Source of the DNA: Candidatus Latescibacterota bacterium | Lineage (GTDB): Bacteria; Latescibacterota; UBA2968 | Direction of reading: 5' to 3' | DNA: 64,000 nucleotides | Assembly (NCBI GenBank): GCA_965204375.1 | Contig: OZ241986.1 | Location: 5,440,001-5,504,000, forward strand | Made by a program: the position numbers and the translations under genes | Part shown: piece after piece, positions 39,488-48,686 of the stretch | How positions within the stretch are numbered: the first letter of the stretch is position 1 | How the letters are laid out: each line of letters begins with the position of its first letter | Notes under the pieces: generated by a model | Told to the model about the DNA's origin: nothing | What the model saw: the letters and a program-made list of their open reading frames with translations, nothing else | Database searches by the model: none

Positions 39488-40825
39488 ATGCGTAAATTTT
39501 TATTACTTTGTCTCATTGGCGTGTTGGGTACAGCGGGATGTACTCGCGATATCCCGACTGAGCCTGCCGAGGAGTGGCGCGGCAGCTATCGACTGATTTC
39601 CGGGACGAGTGGCGGCAGTGCCATTGATGTCGGCGATCCGCCTCAGGGTACGCCCCGGCATATCATTTTTACGGCAGCGGCATCGGATTATGGCACGGTG
39701 GTATTTGTTTACAATCCACCGCTTGCAGCACCGCCAATGGCTTCTGTGACGTATGAAAAAACCGTGCGGCATTATTGGCGTACAGCACGGGCCACGCGCG
39801 ATCAACTTCGCGTTGAATTTGCTCGTAATCATCGAGAGCGTTCCAGGCTGTCATTCGGTTCGTTTTATATTTGGCAGAGCGGTCCCAGGTTGCCGCTGGC
39901 CGGTGAATTCCCCAATGATATACGCAACAACTACACGAGCCCGTTTCCCCTGAATGAGGCGACTGATGCATTGAACGAGCCTAACAGGCTGCTGCGTCTG
40001 TTGCCCGGGGCCGATGAGGATAGCCGTGTGAGGGTGCTGGGTAATGGGCGCGTTCGCATTAACATTCCAAACTCGGCAAGGCCAGACAACCGCTCGTTTC
40101 AAAACCGCAATAACCGATCAGCCATCTGTTTCCAGAGTCCATGGCCCTGGGAAGATCCTCGCCCCCATCGCATGATGATGTTCGTGGAGGACGGTAATGG
40201 CATACGCTATAGCATTTATGAACCTCCTGCCGATGTGGTTGCAGAACTGGCTCCCCATGATCCGCCGTATTCTGGTATATGGTCATTGCAAGATGCTCAC
40301 CTCAATGGCACGTGGATGGATGCCGAAGCACCATTCCCGAGTATTCCGGCTACACTGGACATCCAGTGGTTCCCTGTTCTGGAGCGTAGCAGCCCTCGCC
40401 ACCGCGCGCCATCTGGCCATGAGCATGCCGATGGCGTGGTGGATCCTCTGATTGAAAATGGCGTGATCATCGAACAGGGTCTGGTGGAGATCACGTTTGC
40501 CAGGCCGCTTGGGTTTTCCACGCACGCCGATGAATCCCGGTTTTTCAACAGACGTGCGGGATATGTGGTTCAAAATGGCGTGCCCGTGCTCAATGGCCAG
40601 TTGCGGGGTGGTGCACCGGATGGCGTGAATCTGACTTATGTGACGGCGTCCGATGTGGATTTCAGCAAAGAGGGCGATATTTTGACTGTGAATCTGATAC
40701 AGGGCGGCGCGTCTTATATCCTGCAGTACAGGCAAGCCCCACTGAATCCCCAGCAACTGGAAGGCTTTGGGGTTGACTCGACTGTTGTTAAGCCCGTTCC
40801 GGCAGATTTGTTCGATCAGGGGTAA
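39488..40825 (+). CDS. Hypothetical lipoprotein
   Basis: MRKFLLLCLIGVLGTAGC lipobox; SD AGGAGG. Confidence 0.75.
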   Translation: MRKFLLLCLIGVLGTAGCTRDIPTEPAEEWRGSYRLISGTSGGSAIDVGDPPQGTPRHIIFTAAASDYGTVVFVYNPPLAAPPMASVTYEKTVRHYWRTARATRDQLRVEFARNHRERSRLSFGSFYIWQSGPRLPLAGEFPNDIRNNYTSPFPLNEATDALNEPNRLLRLLPGADEDSRVRVLGNGRVRINIPNSARPDNRSFQNRNNRSAICFQSPWPWEDPRPHRMMMFVEDGNGIRYSIYEPPADVVAELAPHDPPYSGIWSLQDAHLNGTWMDAEAPFPSIPATLDIQWFPVLERSSPRHRAPSGHEHADGVVDPLIENGVIIEQGLVEITFARPLGFSTHADESRFFNRRAGYVVQNGVPVLNGQLRGGAPDGVNLTYVTASDVDFSKEGDILTVNLIQGGASYILQYRQAPLNPQQLEGFGVDSTVVKPVPADLFDQG

Positions 40826-40859
40826 TTGTTGAAGCCCGTTTTGTTCTGAGAAGAGAGAA

Positions 40860-40900
40860 TTGTATAAAATTGTATAATTGTTGTATAAAATTGTATAATT
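40860..40900. promoter_or_regulatory. Four phased TTGTATAA direct repeats (putative regulator sites)
   Basis: TTGTATAAAATTGTATAATT occurs twice upstream of the DUF1800 operon. Confidence 0.45.
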
Positions 40901-40988
40901 TTATTGATCCATTAGGTATTGTGATATATTTTATATGTAAATATTCACAGATGCCATTCCCGTTGGGAATTTTTCAAGGAGGTTTGCG

Positions 40989-42779
40989 ATGATATTGCGC
41001 TTTGCACTCGCTGTTTTGTGTTGCGGTGCGCTGCTTGCCGGAGCTACGGCGGAGGCCGGGTTGAAATTGCCCTATAAGAAAGAAGGGCTGAGCAAGGAGC
41101 AGGCGGCAGCGTATCTCTTAGAGCGTTTTGCCTTTGGTCCGCGTCCAGGTGAAGTGGAAAAAGTGGCAAAGATGGGTCCAGAGAAGTGGCTGGCTCTGCA
41201 ATTGAAGGGCAATTTGCCAGATGCCGAGTTGGACAAACGATTGGAAGCGTTCCCCGCACTGAAAATGACGCAGGAAAAGATGGCCGCAGTCTATGTGCAG
41301 AATGGGCGGATTCGCAGAATACTGCAGAGGCAGGGCGTGATTGATGCCGCGAAGATGGAACGCAAAGAGATGAATGAAAAGATAAGCGCGTATCGCAAAG
41401 AGCACGGGTTGCGTTCCTATGGCCTACTTTCCAATCAGGAACTGAAGGGTCAGAAGCTGATGCGGGCGGTGTATAGTGAGAATCAGCTCGCCGAGGTGAT
41501 GACGGATTTCTGGTTTAACCACTTTAACGTGACCACGCGCGATGGTGGGGCGCGCAGTCGTACGCTTTCTTATGAGCGGGATGCGATTCGTCCCAATGTG
41601 TTGGGCAAGTTCCGCGTGATTTTGGGTGCGACGGCGAAGCATCCTGCGATGTTGTATTATCTGGATAATGCGCAGTCGCGTATGGCACCGCCAGAGCAGC
41701 GGCAGCAGGCAAAGCCTGAGCCAAAGAAGGAGGTAGCATCGGGTGAGATGGGGATGGATGGTGGTATGGATGGCGATATGGGTGGTGAGATGGCGAAGGC
41801 TCCTGCAAAGGCTCCCGCTAAGGCGCAGACCCCTCCACAACGCAGGCGCAAGTACGGTTTGAATGAGAATTATGCCCGCGAGTTGATGGAGTTGCATACC
41901 CTGGGTGTAGATGGTGGATACACGCAGCAGGATGTTACGGAAGTCGCGCGTGTGTTGACGGGTTGGGCTGCGGCGCCTTATGGCAATGGGCGAAAAAATA
42001 TCGAAAAGGCAATGGCAAATGGGAATAATAACAACATTCTTCAGGGCGATTTTGTGTTCCGCAAATCCTGGCACGACGACAAGGCCAAGGTGGTGTTGGG
42101 CGAGAAGTTCCCGGCAGGGGGTGGCATAGAAGAGGGCGAGCGCGTTCTGGATATGCTGACCAGTCATCCTTCAACCGCGCGGTTTATTTCGACCAAGTTG
42201 GCGCGTCGGTTTGTAAACGACGCACCGTCAGATGATTTGATTGATGAGATGGCGGAAACCTTTACCAAAACCAATGGGGATATCGCCGCTGTGATGGCTA
42301 CGTTGGCACAATCCCGCGTGTTTTGGGCAGAGGCGAAGAAGCGCAGCAAGATGAAGTCGCCGTTTGAACTGGCGGTGAGTTCTCTTCGCGCATTGGAAGC
42401 CGATGTGAAGAATCCACAGCCGATGATGCGCTGGTTTGATCGCATGGGCGAGCCGCTGTATGGTTATTTGCCGCCTACGGGTTTTCCGGATTATGCCGAG
42501 TCCTGGGCAAATTCGGGTACTTTGATTGCGCGAATGAATTTTGGTATCCATCTGGCCACTGGCCGTATTAACGGGGTGACGTTGAAGCAATTGCCCGAAA
42601 ATAGCGGTTCTCTGACAACGGAAGAGGCATTGGCGATGTATAGCAAGTTGCTGTTGCCCGCGCAGGATACCAGTGCTATTGTGTCAGAGGTCAAAGAGAC
42701 GGTTCCCGCTGATGCCGAACGCAAAGACGTTCAGGTGATCAGTATGTTGCTGGGGTCGCCGGAATTTCAATACCGATAA
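40989..42779 (+). CDS. DUF1800 domain protein (copy 1)
   Basis: DFWFNHFNV, HPAMLYYLDN, NENYARELMELHTLG, SPEFQYR. Confidence 0.92.
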   Translation: MILRFALAVLCCGALLAGATAEAGLKLPYKKEGLSKEQAAAYLLERFAFGPRPGEVEKVAKMGPEKWLALQLKGNLPDAELDKRLEAFPALKMTQEKMAAVYVQNGRIRRILQRQGVIDAAKMERKEMNEKISAYRKEHGLRSYGLLSNQELKGQKLMRAVYSENQLAEVMTDFWFNHFNVTTRDGGARSRTLSYERDAIRPNVLGKFRVILGATAKHPAMLYYLDNAQSRMAPPEQRQQAKPEPKKEVASGEMGMDGGMDGDMGGEMAKAPAKAPAKAQTPPQRRRKYGLNENYARELMELHTLGVDGGYTQQDVTEVARVLTGWAAAPYGNGRKNIEKAMANGNNNNILQGDFVFRKSWHDDKAKVVLGEKFPAGGGIEEGERVLDMLTSHPSTARFISTKLARRFVNDAPSDDLIDEMAETFTKTNGDIAAVMATLAQSRVFWAEAKKRSKMKSPFELAVSSLRALEADVKNPQPMMRWFDRMGEPLYGYLPPTGFPDYAESWANSGTLIARMNFGIHLATGRINGVTLKQLPENSGSLTTEEALAMYSKLLLPAQDTSAIVSEVKETVPADAERKDVQVISMLLGSPEFQYR

Positions 42780-42799
42780 ATCGGAAAGGAGATAGAGTT

Positions 42800-44065
42800 A
42801 TGGAATGGACGCGAAGAGCATTTATGAAGGGCAGCGGATTGGCATTGTTTTCTGCCTCGTTTGGGGGCACGCCGCTGTTCTTGAGCCGCGCGGCTGATGC
42901 TGCGAATAATCCGCTGGCACACAGTCGTCGCAAAGTGCTGGTGACGATTTTCCAGCGCGGGGCTATGGATGGTTTGATGGCGGTGACGCCATTTAACGAT
43001 TCCGCGCTTTCCGAGGCGCGCCCCAATTTGTTTATGCACCTGACCGATCCGAAAAACGAGCTGACGGATCTGGATGGTCGCTTTGCATTGCATCCTTCTT
43101 TTGCGGAGCTGGCACCGCTATACAAGGAAGGTCGTTTGGCTATCGTACACGGCGTAGGCTCGCCGAATAAGACGCGGTCGCACTTTGACGCCCAGGATTA
43201 CATGGAAAATGGGACGCCTGGTGTGAAAGGTACGCGGACGGGTTGGCTCAATCGGGCTGTGGGTTTGCTCGGTCACGAGGGCACGCCCTTCCGGTCTGTG
43301 GCATTGACCAGAGCGTTGCCGCGCGCATTTTACGGGAAGGAGCCTTCGATTGCAGTGGATGATCTGCGTTCCTTTGGCATTCAGGTGCCGAATAATCCGC
43401 AGGCCGAACAGATGGAGGAAGGGTTTGAGTCGATGTATGCGCGGAGTGCCAAACGCCTGATGCAGAGGGTGAGCCAAGAGAGTTTTGATGCGATTGAGTT
43501 GTTGGAAAAGATCGGTGTGAGGGATTACAAGCCCGTTGAAGGCGCGAACTATCCCAATACGGCATTGGGCCGCAGGATGCAACAGATCGCGTTGTTGATC
43601 AAGTCGGATGTGGGTCTTGAGGTTGCCTTTACCGAGACTGGCGGTTGGGATACGCATGTGCAACAGGGCACAACGACGGGTTCTTTCCAGCGCAGAGCAG
43701 ATGAGATGTCCAAGTCTATCGCGGCATTCTGGACGGATCTGGGTACGTATCAGGACGATGTGGTGCTGATGACGATGACCGAATTTGGTCGCACAGTGCA
43801 TCAGAATGGTTCTCTGGGTACGGACCACGGTCGCGGATCGTGCTTGTTTGTGCTGGGGAATAACGTGGCTGGCGGAAAGGTCCACGGAAATGTGCCAGAG
43901 TTGCTGGTGAAAGATGCGCTCGAAGATCGGCGCGATTTGCCCGTGACGACGGATTTCCGTTCTGTGTTTGCCGATGTGGCGGGTAAGCATCTGAATATCG
44001 AGCGTGCCCACGATATCGCGATGTTCCCGGGTTGGGAAGGTGAGCGGTTTAAGGTGATGACGTAA
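42800..44065 (+). CDS. DUF1501 domain protein with Tat signal
   Basis: TRRAFMK twin-Arg; FQRGAMDGL, RSHFDAQ, GGWDTH, TEFGRT, GTDHG. Confidence 0.92.
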   Translation: MEWTRRAFMKGSGLALFSASFGGTPLFLSRAADAANNPLAHSRRKVLVTIFQRGAMDGLMAVTPFNDSALSEARPNLFMHLTDPKNELTDLDGRFALHPSFAELAPLYKEGRLAIVHGVGSPNKTRSHFDAQDYMENGTPGVKGTRTGWLNRAVGLLGHEGTPFRSVALTRALPRAFYGKEPSIAVDDLRSFGIQVPNNPQAEQMEEGFESMYARSAKRLMQRVSQESFDAIELLEKIGVRDYKPVEGANYPNTALGRRMQQIALLIKSDVGLEVAFTETGGWDTHVQQGTTTGSFQRRADEMSKSIAAFWTDLGTYQDDVVLMTMTEFGRTVHQNGSLGTDHGRGSCLFVLGNNVAGGKVHGNVPELLVKDALEDRRDLPVTTDFRSVFADVAGKHLNIERAHDIAMFPGWEGERFKVMT

Positions 44066-44145
44066 AGTCATTATTGACCACTCATTTGAACTGCTGTACT
44101 GACACGTTGTGTTGCGCGTGTGCAGTTTACACCGCTTTACAAAAG

Positions 44146-44184
44146 AAAACTCGAGTGTCGAAGTATGGCACTCGAGTTTTTTTA
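44146..44184 (+). terminator. Rho-independent terminator
   Basis: AAAACTCGAGTG...CACTCGAGTTTTTT. Confidence 0.7.
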
Positions 44185-44283
44185 GGATTGTTTTTCAATA
44201 TTTAGGACACTTTTTTAGCTACAAACGGCACAATCTGTGTCCATCTGCGTTCATCTGTGGATGCTTTTTCAAGGAGGTTTTCA

Positions 44284-46086
44284 ATGGTATTGCGTTTTTC
44301 ACTGATTGTTTTGTGCTGTGGTGCCCTGCTTGCAGGGGCTACGGCGGAGGCCGGGTTGAAATTGCCCTATAAAAAAGAAGGGCTGAGTAAGGAGCAGGCT
44401 GCAGCGTATCTCTTAGAGCGTTTTGCCTTTGGTGCGCGGCCAGGTGAGGTGGAAAGAGTGGCAAAGATGGGGCCAGAGAAGTGGCTGGCTCAGCAGTTGA
44501 AGGGCAATTTGCCGGATGCTGAGTTGGAAAAACGCCTGAAGACTTTTCCCGCGTTGTCGATGACGTTGCCCGAGATGTACGACGTTTATGTTCAAAATGG
44601 GCGGCTTCGCAATAGGATGGAAAAGGAAGGGGTGATCGATGACGAAAAGATGCCTCTGAAAGAGATAAATGAAAAAATGAAAGTGTATCGCGAGAAGCAC
44701 GGGTTGCGTGCTTATGGCCTACTTTCCAATCAGGAACTGAAGGGGCAGAAGGTGATGCGGGCTGTGTATAGCGAGAATCAGCTCGCCGAGGTGCTGACGG
44801 ATTTCTGGTTCAATCACTTTAATGTGACCACGCGCGATGGTGGGGCGCGCAGTCGCGTGCTCGCTTATGAGCGGGATGCGATTCGCCCCAATGTGCTGGG
44901 CAATTTCCGCACGATTTTGGGTGCGACGGCAAAGCATCCTGCGATGTTGTATTATCTGGATAATGCACAGTCGCGTATGCCGCCGCCACAGCAGCAGAAT
45001 CAACCCAAGCCTGAGCCTAAAAAGGAGATGGCATCGGGTGAGATGGGGATGGATGGTGGTATGGATGGTGGTATGGATGGCGGTATGATGGGTGGCGAGA
45101 TGGCAAAGGCCCCTCCGAAACCTGTTGCGAAGCCGAAGACGCCTCCAAGACGCAAGTATGGTTTGAATGAGAATTATGCCCGCGAGTTGATGGAGTTGCA
45201 CACCCTCGGTGTGGATGGTGGATACACGCAGCAGGATGTTACGGAGGTTGCGCGCGTGCTGACCGGATGGGGCGCGATGCCTTATGGGAATGGGCGCAAG
45301 AATGTCAATAAGGCAATTGCCAATGGCAATAAAAATCTCGTTCGCGAGGGCGAATTTCTGTTCCGCAATGCCTGGCACGACAAAAAAGCCAAAGTAGTGT
45401 TGGGTGAGAAGTTCCCTGCAGGTGGTGGTCTGGAAGAGGGTGAGCGCGTTCTGGATATGCTGACCAGGCATCCTTCAACCGCGCGGTTTATTTCGACCAA
45501 GCTGGCGCGTCGGTTTGTCAACGATGCACCGTCAGATGATGTGATTGATGAGATGGCCGCGACCTTTACCAAAACCAATGGGGATATCGCTGCTGTGATG
45601 GCTACGCTGGCGCAATCGCGCGTGTTTTGGGCAGAGGCGAAGAAGCGCAGTAAGATGAAGTCGCCGTTTGAACTGGCGGCGAGTTCTCTGCGCGCGCTGG
45701 AAGCGGATATAAGGAATCCACAGCCGATGATGTACTGGTTTGATCGCATGGGCGAGCCGCTGTATGGTTATTTGCCGCCTACGGGTTTTCCGGATTATGC
45801 CGAGTCCTGGGCAAATTCTGGTACGCTGATTGCGCGAATGAATTTCGGTGTGCGTCTGGCTACGAGCAGAATTAGAGGGATTGTGCTGAAGCGTTTGCCC
45901 AGAGAGAGCGAGCACTCGCCCACAACGGAGCAAGCATTGGCGATGTATGGCAAGTTGCTGTTGCCAGCGCAAGATACCAGTGCTATTGCGTCAGAGGTGA
46001 AAGAGACGATCCCAGCAGATGCTAAGCGCAAAGATATACAGGTGGTCAGTATGTTGATCGGATCGCCGGAGTTTCAATACCGGTAG
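44284..46086 (+). CDS. DUF1800 domain protein (copy 2, close paralog)
   Basis: Same motifs; upstream TTTTCAAGGAGGTTT is shared with copy 1. Confidence 0.92.
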   Translation: MVLRFSLIVLCCGALLAGATAEAGLKLPYKKEGLSKEQAAAYLLERFAFGARPGEVERVAKMGPEKWLAQQLKGNLPDAELEKRLKTFPALSMTLPEMYDVYVQNGRLRNRMEKEGVIDDEKMPLKEINEKMKVYREKHGLRAYGLLSNQELKGQKVMRAVYSENQLAEVLTDFWFNHFNVTTRDGGARSRVLAYERDAIRPNVLGNFRTILGATAKHPAMLYYLDNAQSRMPPPQQQNQPKPEPKKEMASGEMGMDGGMDGGMDGGMMGGEMAKAPPKPVAKPKTPPRRKYGLNENYARELMELHTLGVDGGYTQQDVTEVARVLTGWGAMPYGNGRKNVNKAIANGNKNLVREGEFLFRNAWHDKKAKVVLGEKFPAGGGLEEGERVLDMLTRHPSTARFISTKLARRFVNDAPSDDVIDEMAATFTKTNGDIAAVMATLAQSRVFWAEAKKRSKMKSPFELAASSLRALEADIRNPQPMMYWFDRMGEPLYGYLPPTGFPDYAESWANSGTLIARMNFGVRLATSRIRGIVLKRLPRESEHSPTTEQALAMYGKLLLPAQDTSAIASEVKETIPADAKRKDIQVVSMLIGSPEFQYR

Positions 46087-46108
46087 ATATATGCGCTGGT
46101 TTTTAGTG

Positions 46109-46145
46109 AAAAGACTCGAGTGCCCTTCGGCACCCGAGTCTTTTG
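46109..46145. terminator. Bidirectional terminator
   Basis: AAAAGACTCGAGTGCC-CTTC-GGCACCCGAGTCTTTT. Confidence 0.7.
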
Positions 46146-46194
46146 CGTTTGCAGGATTCTAAATCGGTTGCGCTATTTGTGCTGTAGTATTTGA

Positions 46195-46368
46195 TTATTC
46201 GTAGCGGAGAATATAATGTAGAGGCGTGTGTCCCTGTGTGAACATGACGCCTTCGGCTGCGAGGCGATCTGCATGAGGTGAATGTGCAAAGGAACTGCCC
46301 ATGCAGTTGAGTGTGTCCCATCGCTGGGTGTCTGTTGTGATAAGCAGGAGGTTGGGTTGTTTTGCCAT
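46195..46368 (-). pseudogene. Truncated sulfatase N-terminus
   Basis: MAKQPNLLLITTDTQRWDTLNCMG...ADRLAAEGVMFTQGHT, then unrelated sequence and a stop before the CxPxR motif; SD AAAGGA. Confidence 0.8.
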
Positions 46369-46408
46369 GTGTGTTCCTTTTCTGTAGGGGCGGGTTTAAA
46401 ACCCGCCC

Positions 46409-47731
46409 TCAGTACTGGCCCGACAGGTCTGGGACGGTGAATTCGAAGCGTTCCTGGGCGTCTGAAAGCCGTTTTTGCATGTCGGTCACGCGATGGGCAT
46501 AAGAGGGGTCGGCGATGGCGTTGGTGTATTCGTCGGGGTCGTTGACGAGGTCGTAATATTCGTCGCCTTCGCCTTCGCGGATGTAGTGGATGAGTTTTTC
46601 GGTTTGGGTTCTCAAGCAGACCATTGTTGGGAAATAGGGATAGGGCGGGTCTTCGAAGTATTCGAAGAAGAGGTCGTCTCGGGGTAATTCGCCTTCGTCG
46701 GTCAGGAGTGTCCGCAGGGAGTGTCCGTGGTAGTGATCGGGTACGCCTTGGCCCGATACGTCCATGATGGTTGCCGGGATGTCGAGGCTGATTACGTCGG
46801 TGTGTGCTACGCGCCCGGGGTTGGCGATGAGGTCGGGATAGCGCATGAGATAGGGTACGCGGATGGATGGGTCATACATCCAGCGTTTGTCGCCCAGGCC
46901 AAATTCGCCGTGGAAGTAGCCGTGGTCGCTGGTGTGTACGACGAGTGTATTATTGGTTTGTCCAATGGCGTCGATTTTGTCGAGTACCCGGCCCAGGGCA
47001 TCATCTACGCCGCGCACGGTGCGTACGTAGTTGCGCATAAAGGTGTCGTAGCGTTCGTTGTCTTCGAAGTTGTAAGGACGTTCGTGGAGAGTTCTGGCTT
47101 TGCCATCGCGAGACGCGCCCAGGGCATTGGGTTTGGGTAGTTCGTCATCGGAATAGGCATGGGCATGACGCGGTGGCGGGGTGAAGGGTCCGTGAGGGGC
47201 TTTGTACCACAGGCAGATTGCCCAGGGGCGGTCGTCGTCCTGGTCGAGAAATTGCTCGACATAGTCGGCGAGGAGGTCGGTGTTGTATCCCTGGTGTTTG
47301 ACTTCTTCACCGTCGATGATAAAGGTCGGGTCTTCGTAGTCTCCCTGGCCGCGAAAACTGACCCAGCGTTCAAAACCGGGTTTGGGGTCGCCGCCGGGCA
47401 GGTCAATGCCTTCGGTTCCGTAGTGTATTTTTCCACAGAAGCCCGTGCGATATCCCGCTTTTTGCAATTGTTCGGGCCAGGTTATGAGATCGGGGCGAAT
47501 CGGCGCGCGATTGTGTGCTGCCCGGTGGGTGTGAGCATAAACACCGGAAAGATGGCTGGCTCGGCTGGGCGCGCAAAGGGGTATGGCGGTGAAGCCATTG
47601 GCAAAGCGGATGCCTTCACGGGCGAGGCGGTCCATAGCAGGTGTGTCGATGAAGGGATGTCCCGCACATCCCATGCAGTCGTGTCGCTGGTCGTCGCACA
47701 TGGAAAAGAGGATGTTGGGTTGTCTGGTCAT
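46409..47731 (-). CDS. Sulfatase (formylglycine-dependent)
   Basis: PNILFSMCDDQR, LCAPSRAS, GKIH, TSDHG, GDKR. Confidence 0.93.
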   Translation of the reverse strand: MTRQPNILFSMCDDQRHDCMGCAGHPFIDTPAMDRLAREGIRFANGFTAIPLCAPSRASHLSGVYAHTHRAAHNRAPIRPDLITWPEQLQKAGYRTGFCGKIHYGTEGIDLPGGDPKPGFERWVSFRGQGDYEDPTFIIDGEEVKHQGYNTDLLADYVEQFLDQDDDRPWAICLWYKAPHGPFTPPPRHAHAYSDDELPKPNALGASRDGKARTLHERPYNFEDNERYDTFMRNYVRTVRGVDDALGRVLDKIDAIGQTNNTLVVHTSDHGYFHGEFGLGDKRWMYDPSIRVPYLMRYPDLIANPGRVAHTDVISLDIPATIMDVSGQGVPDHYHGHSLRTLLTDEGELPRDDLFFEYFEDPPYPYFPTMVCLRTQTEKLIHYIREGEGDEYYDLVNDPDEYTNAIADPSYAHRVTDMQKRLSDAQERFEFTVPDLSGQY

Positions 47732-47755
47732 TATGAGTCTCCGGAAAGGGTTGGT

Positions 47756-48496
47756 ATGTCACTTTTGACTACTGAAGATAAAGCTTTTTTTATGGAAAAT
47801 GGCTATCTCATTCGACACGATATGTTGAGTGAGGGTCAAATTCAAGGGGCGGTCGATACACTTTGGCGTTATATTGAAGCTGATCGTTATGATCCACAGA
47901 CCTGGGTGGATGCCGGGCCGCGGAGTCCAGAGTGTTGGGATCATCCCGCGATTCGCGCGACGCTTTACGAAACGGATTTGTTTGCGATGTGCAGAGAATT
48001 GGCTGGCGATTTGAGCGATGATGCAGATCCTTCGACGATTCTGGTGTATCCGAGTGGCAGCGATGAGTGGGCGATCAAGTTGCCACATCTGGATGGATAT
48101 AACAAGAGCGAGCAAGCAACCGTGGGTTTCGCGATTGGTGTGACGGTTTATCTGAGTGATGTGGCTCCGCGTGGCGGGGGTTTTACACTGTGGCCCGGTA
48201 GTCATAAGACTGTGGCAGAGTTTTTCAAGTCGCATTCCCTGCTGGGTTTCAATATGCATCATCCCGGCGGTATTGTCGAGCGGGATATGACCCGCATTTT
48301 TGATCTGAATGAACCTGTTGAGTTGATCGGGCGAGCCGGGACTGCCTGTATCTGGCACGGGTATATGGTTCACAGCGGTACGTCGAATTGCAGCGATCAG
48401 ATACGGATGGCTCTGGTGAGTCGCATGAGTACAAAAAATTGGGATCTGTTGCAGTTTGAGACGCCGGATGATATGTGGGAGTATTGGGAAGTGTGA
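47756..48496 (+). CDS. PhyH family dioxygenase
   Basis: FFMENGYL, HLD, GGFTLWPGSH, WHGYMVHS. Start ATG47756; the longer called ORF is the antisense shadow of the sulfatase. Confidence 0.88.
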   Translation: MSLLTTEDKAFFMENGYLIRHDMLSEGQIQGAVDTLWRYIEADRYDPQTWVDAGPRSPECWDHPAIRATLYETDLFAMCRELAGDLSDDADPSTILVYPSGSDEWAIKLPHLDGYNKSEQATVGFAIGVTVYLSDVAPRGGGFTLWPGSHKTVAEFFKSHSLLGFNMHHPGGIVERDMTRIFDLNEPVELIGRAGTACIWHGYMVHSGTSNCSDQIRMALVSRMSTKNWDLLQFETPDDMWEYWEV

Positions 48497-48498
48497 TC

Positions 48499-48626
48499 CG
48501 CAGATGAACGCAGATGAACGCAGATGAACGCAGATGAATGCAGATGAGGCAGATGAATGCAGATGAACGCAGATGAACGCAGATGAATGCAGATGAGGCA
48601 GATGAATGCAGATGAACGCAGATGAA
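48499..48626. repeat. Tandem 10-nt repeat (C/T/G)GCAGATGAA, 13 units
   Basis: Directly visible, with a higher-order 49-nt period; an inverted short relative lies at about 44231-44260. Confidence 0.95.
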
Positions 48627-48686
48627 AGGCGATAGGCAAGGGGCTGGGAGATGTAGAGGATCGCGTATCCGTTGAGGAGGAACGTC

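Noticed and set aside
47159-47755. 445-aa ORF suggesting a fused N-terminal domain on PhyH
   Set aside because: This part is the antisense of the sulfatase; the paralog at 52999 starts at the position equivalent to 47756.
48499-48626. Possible CRISPR array or repeat-protein gene (minus-strand SSAFICVHLR ORFs)
   Set aside because: Units are 9-10 nt with no unique spacers and no cas genes; the ORFs overlap real PhyH genes in antisense.
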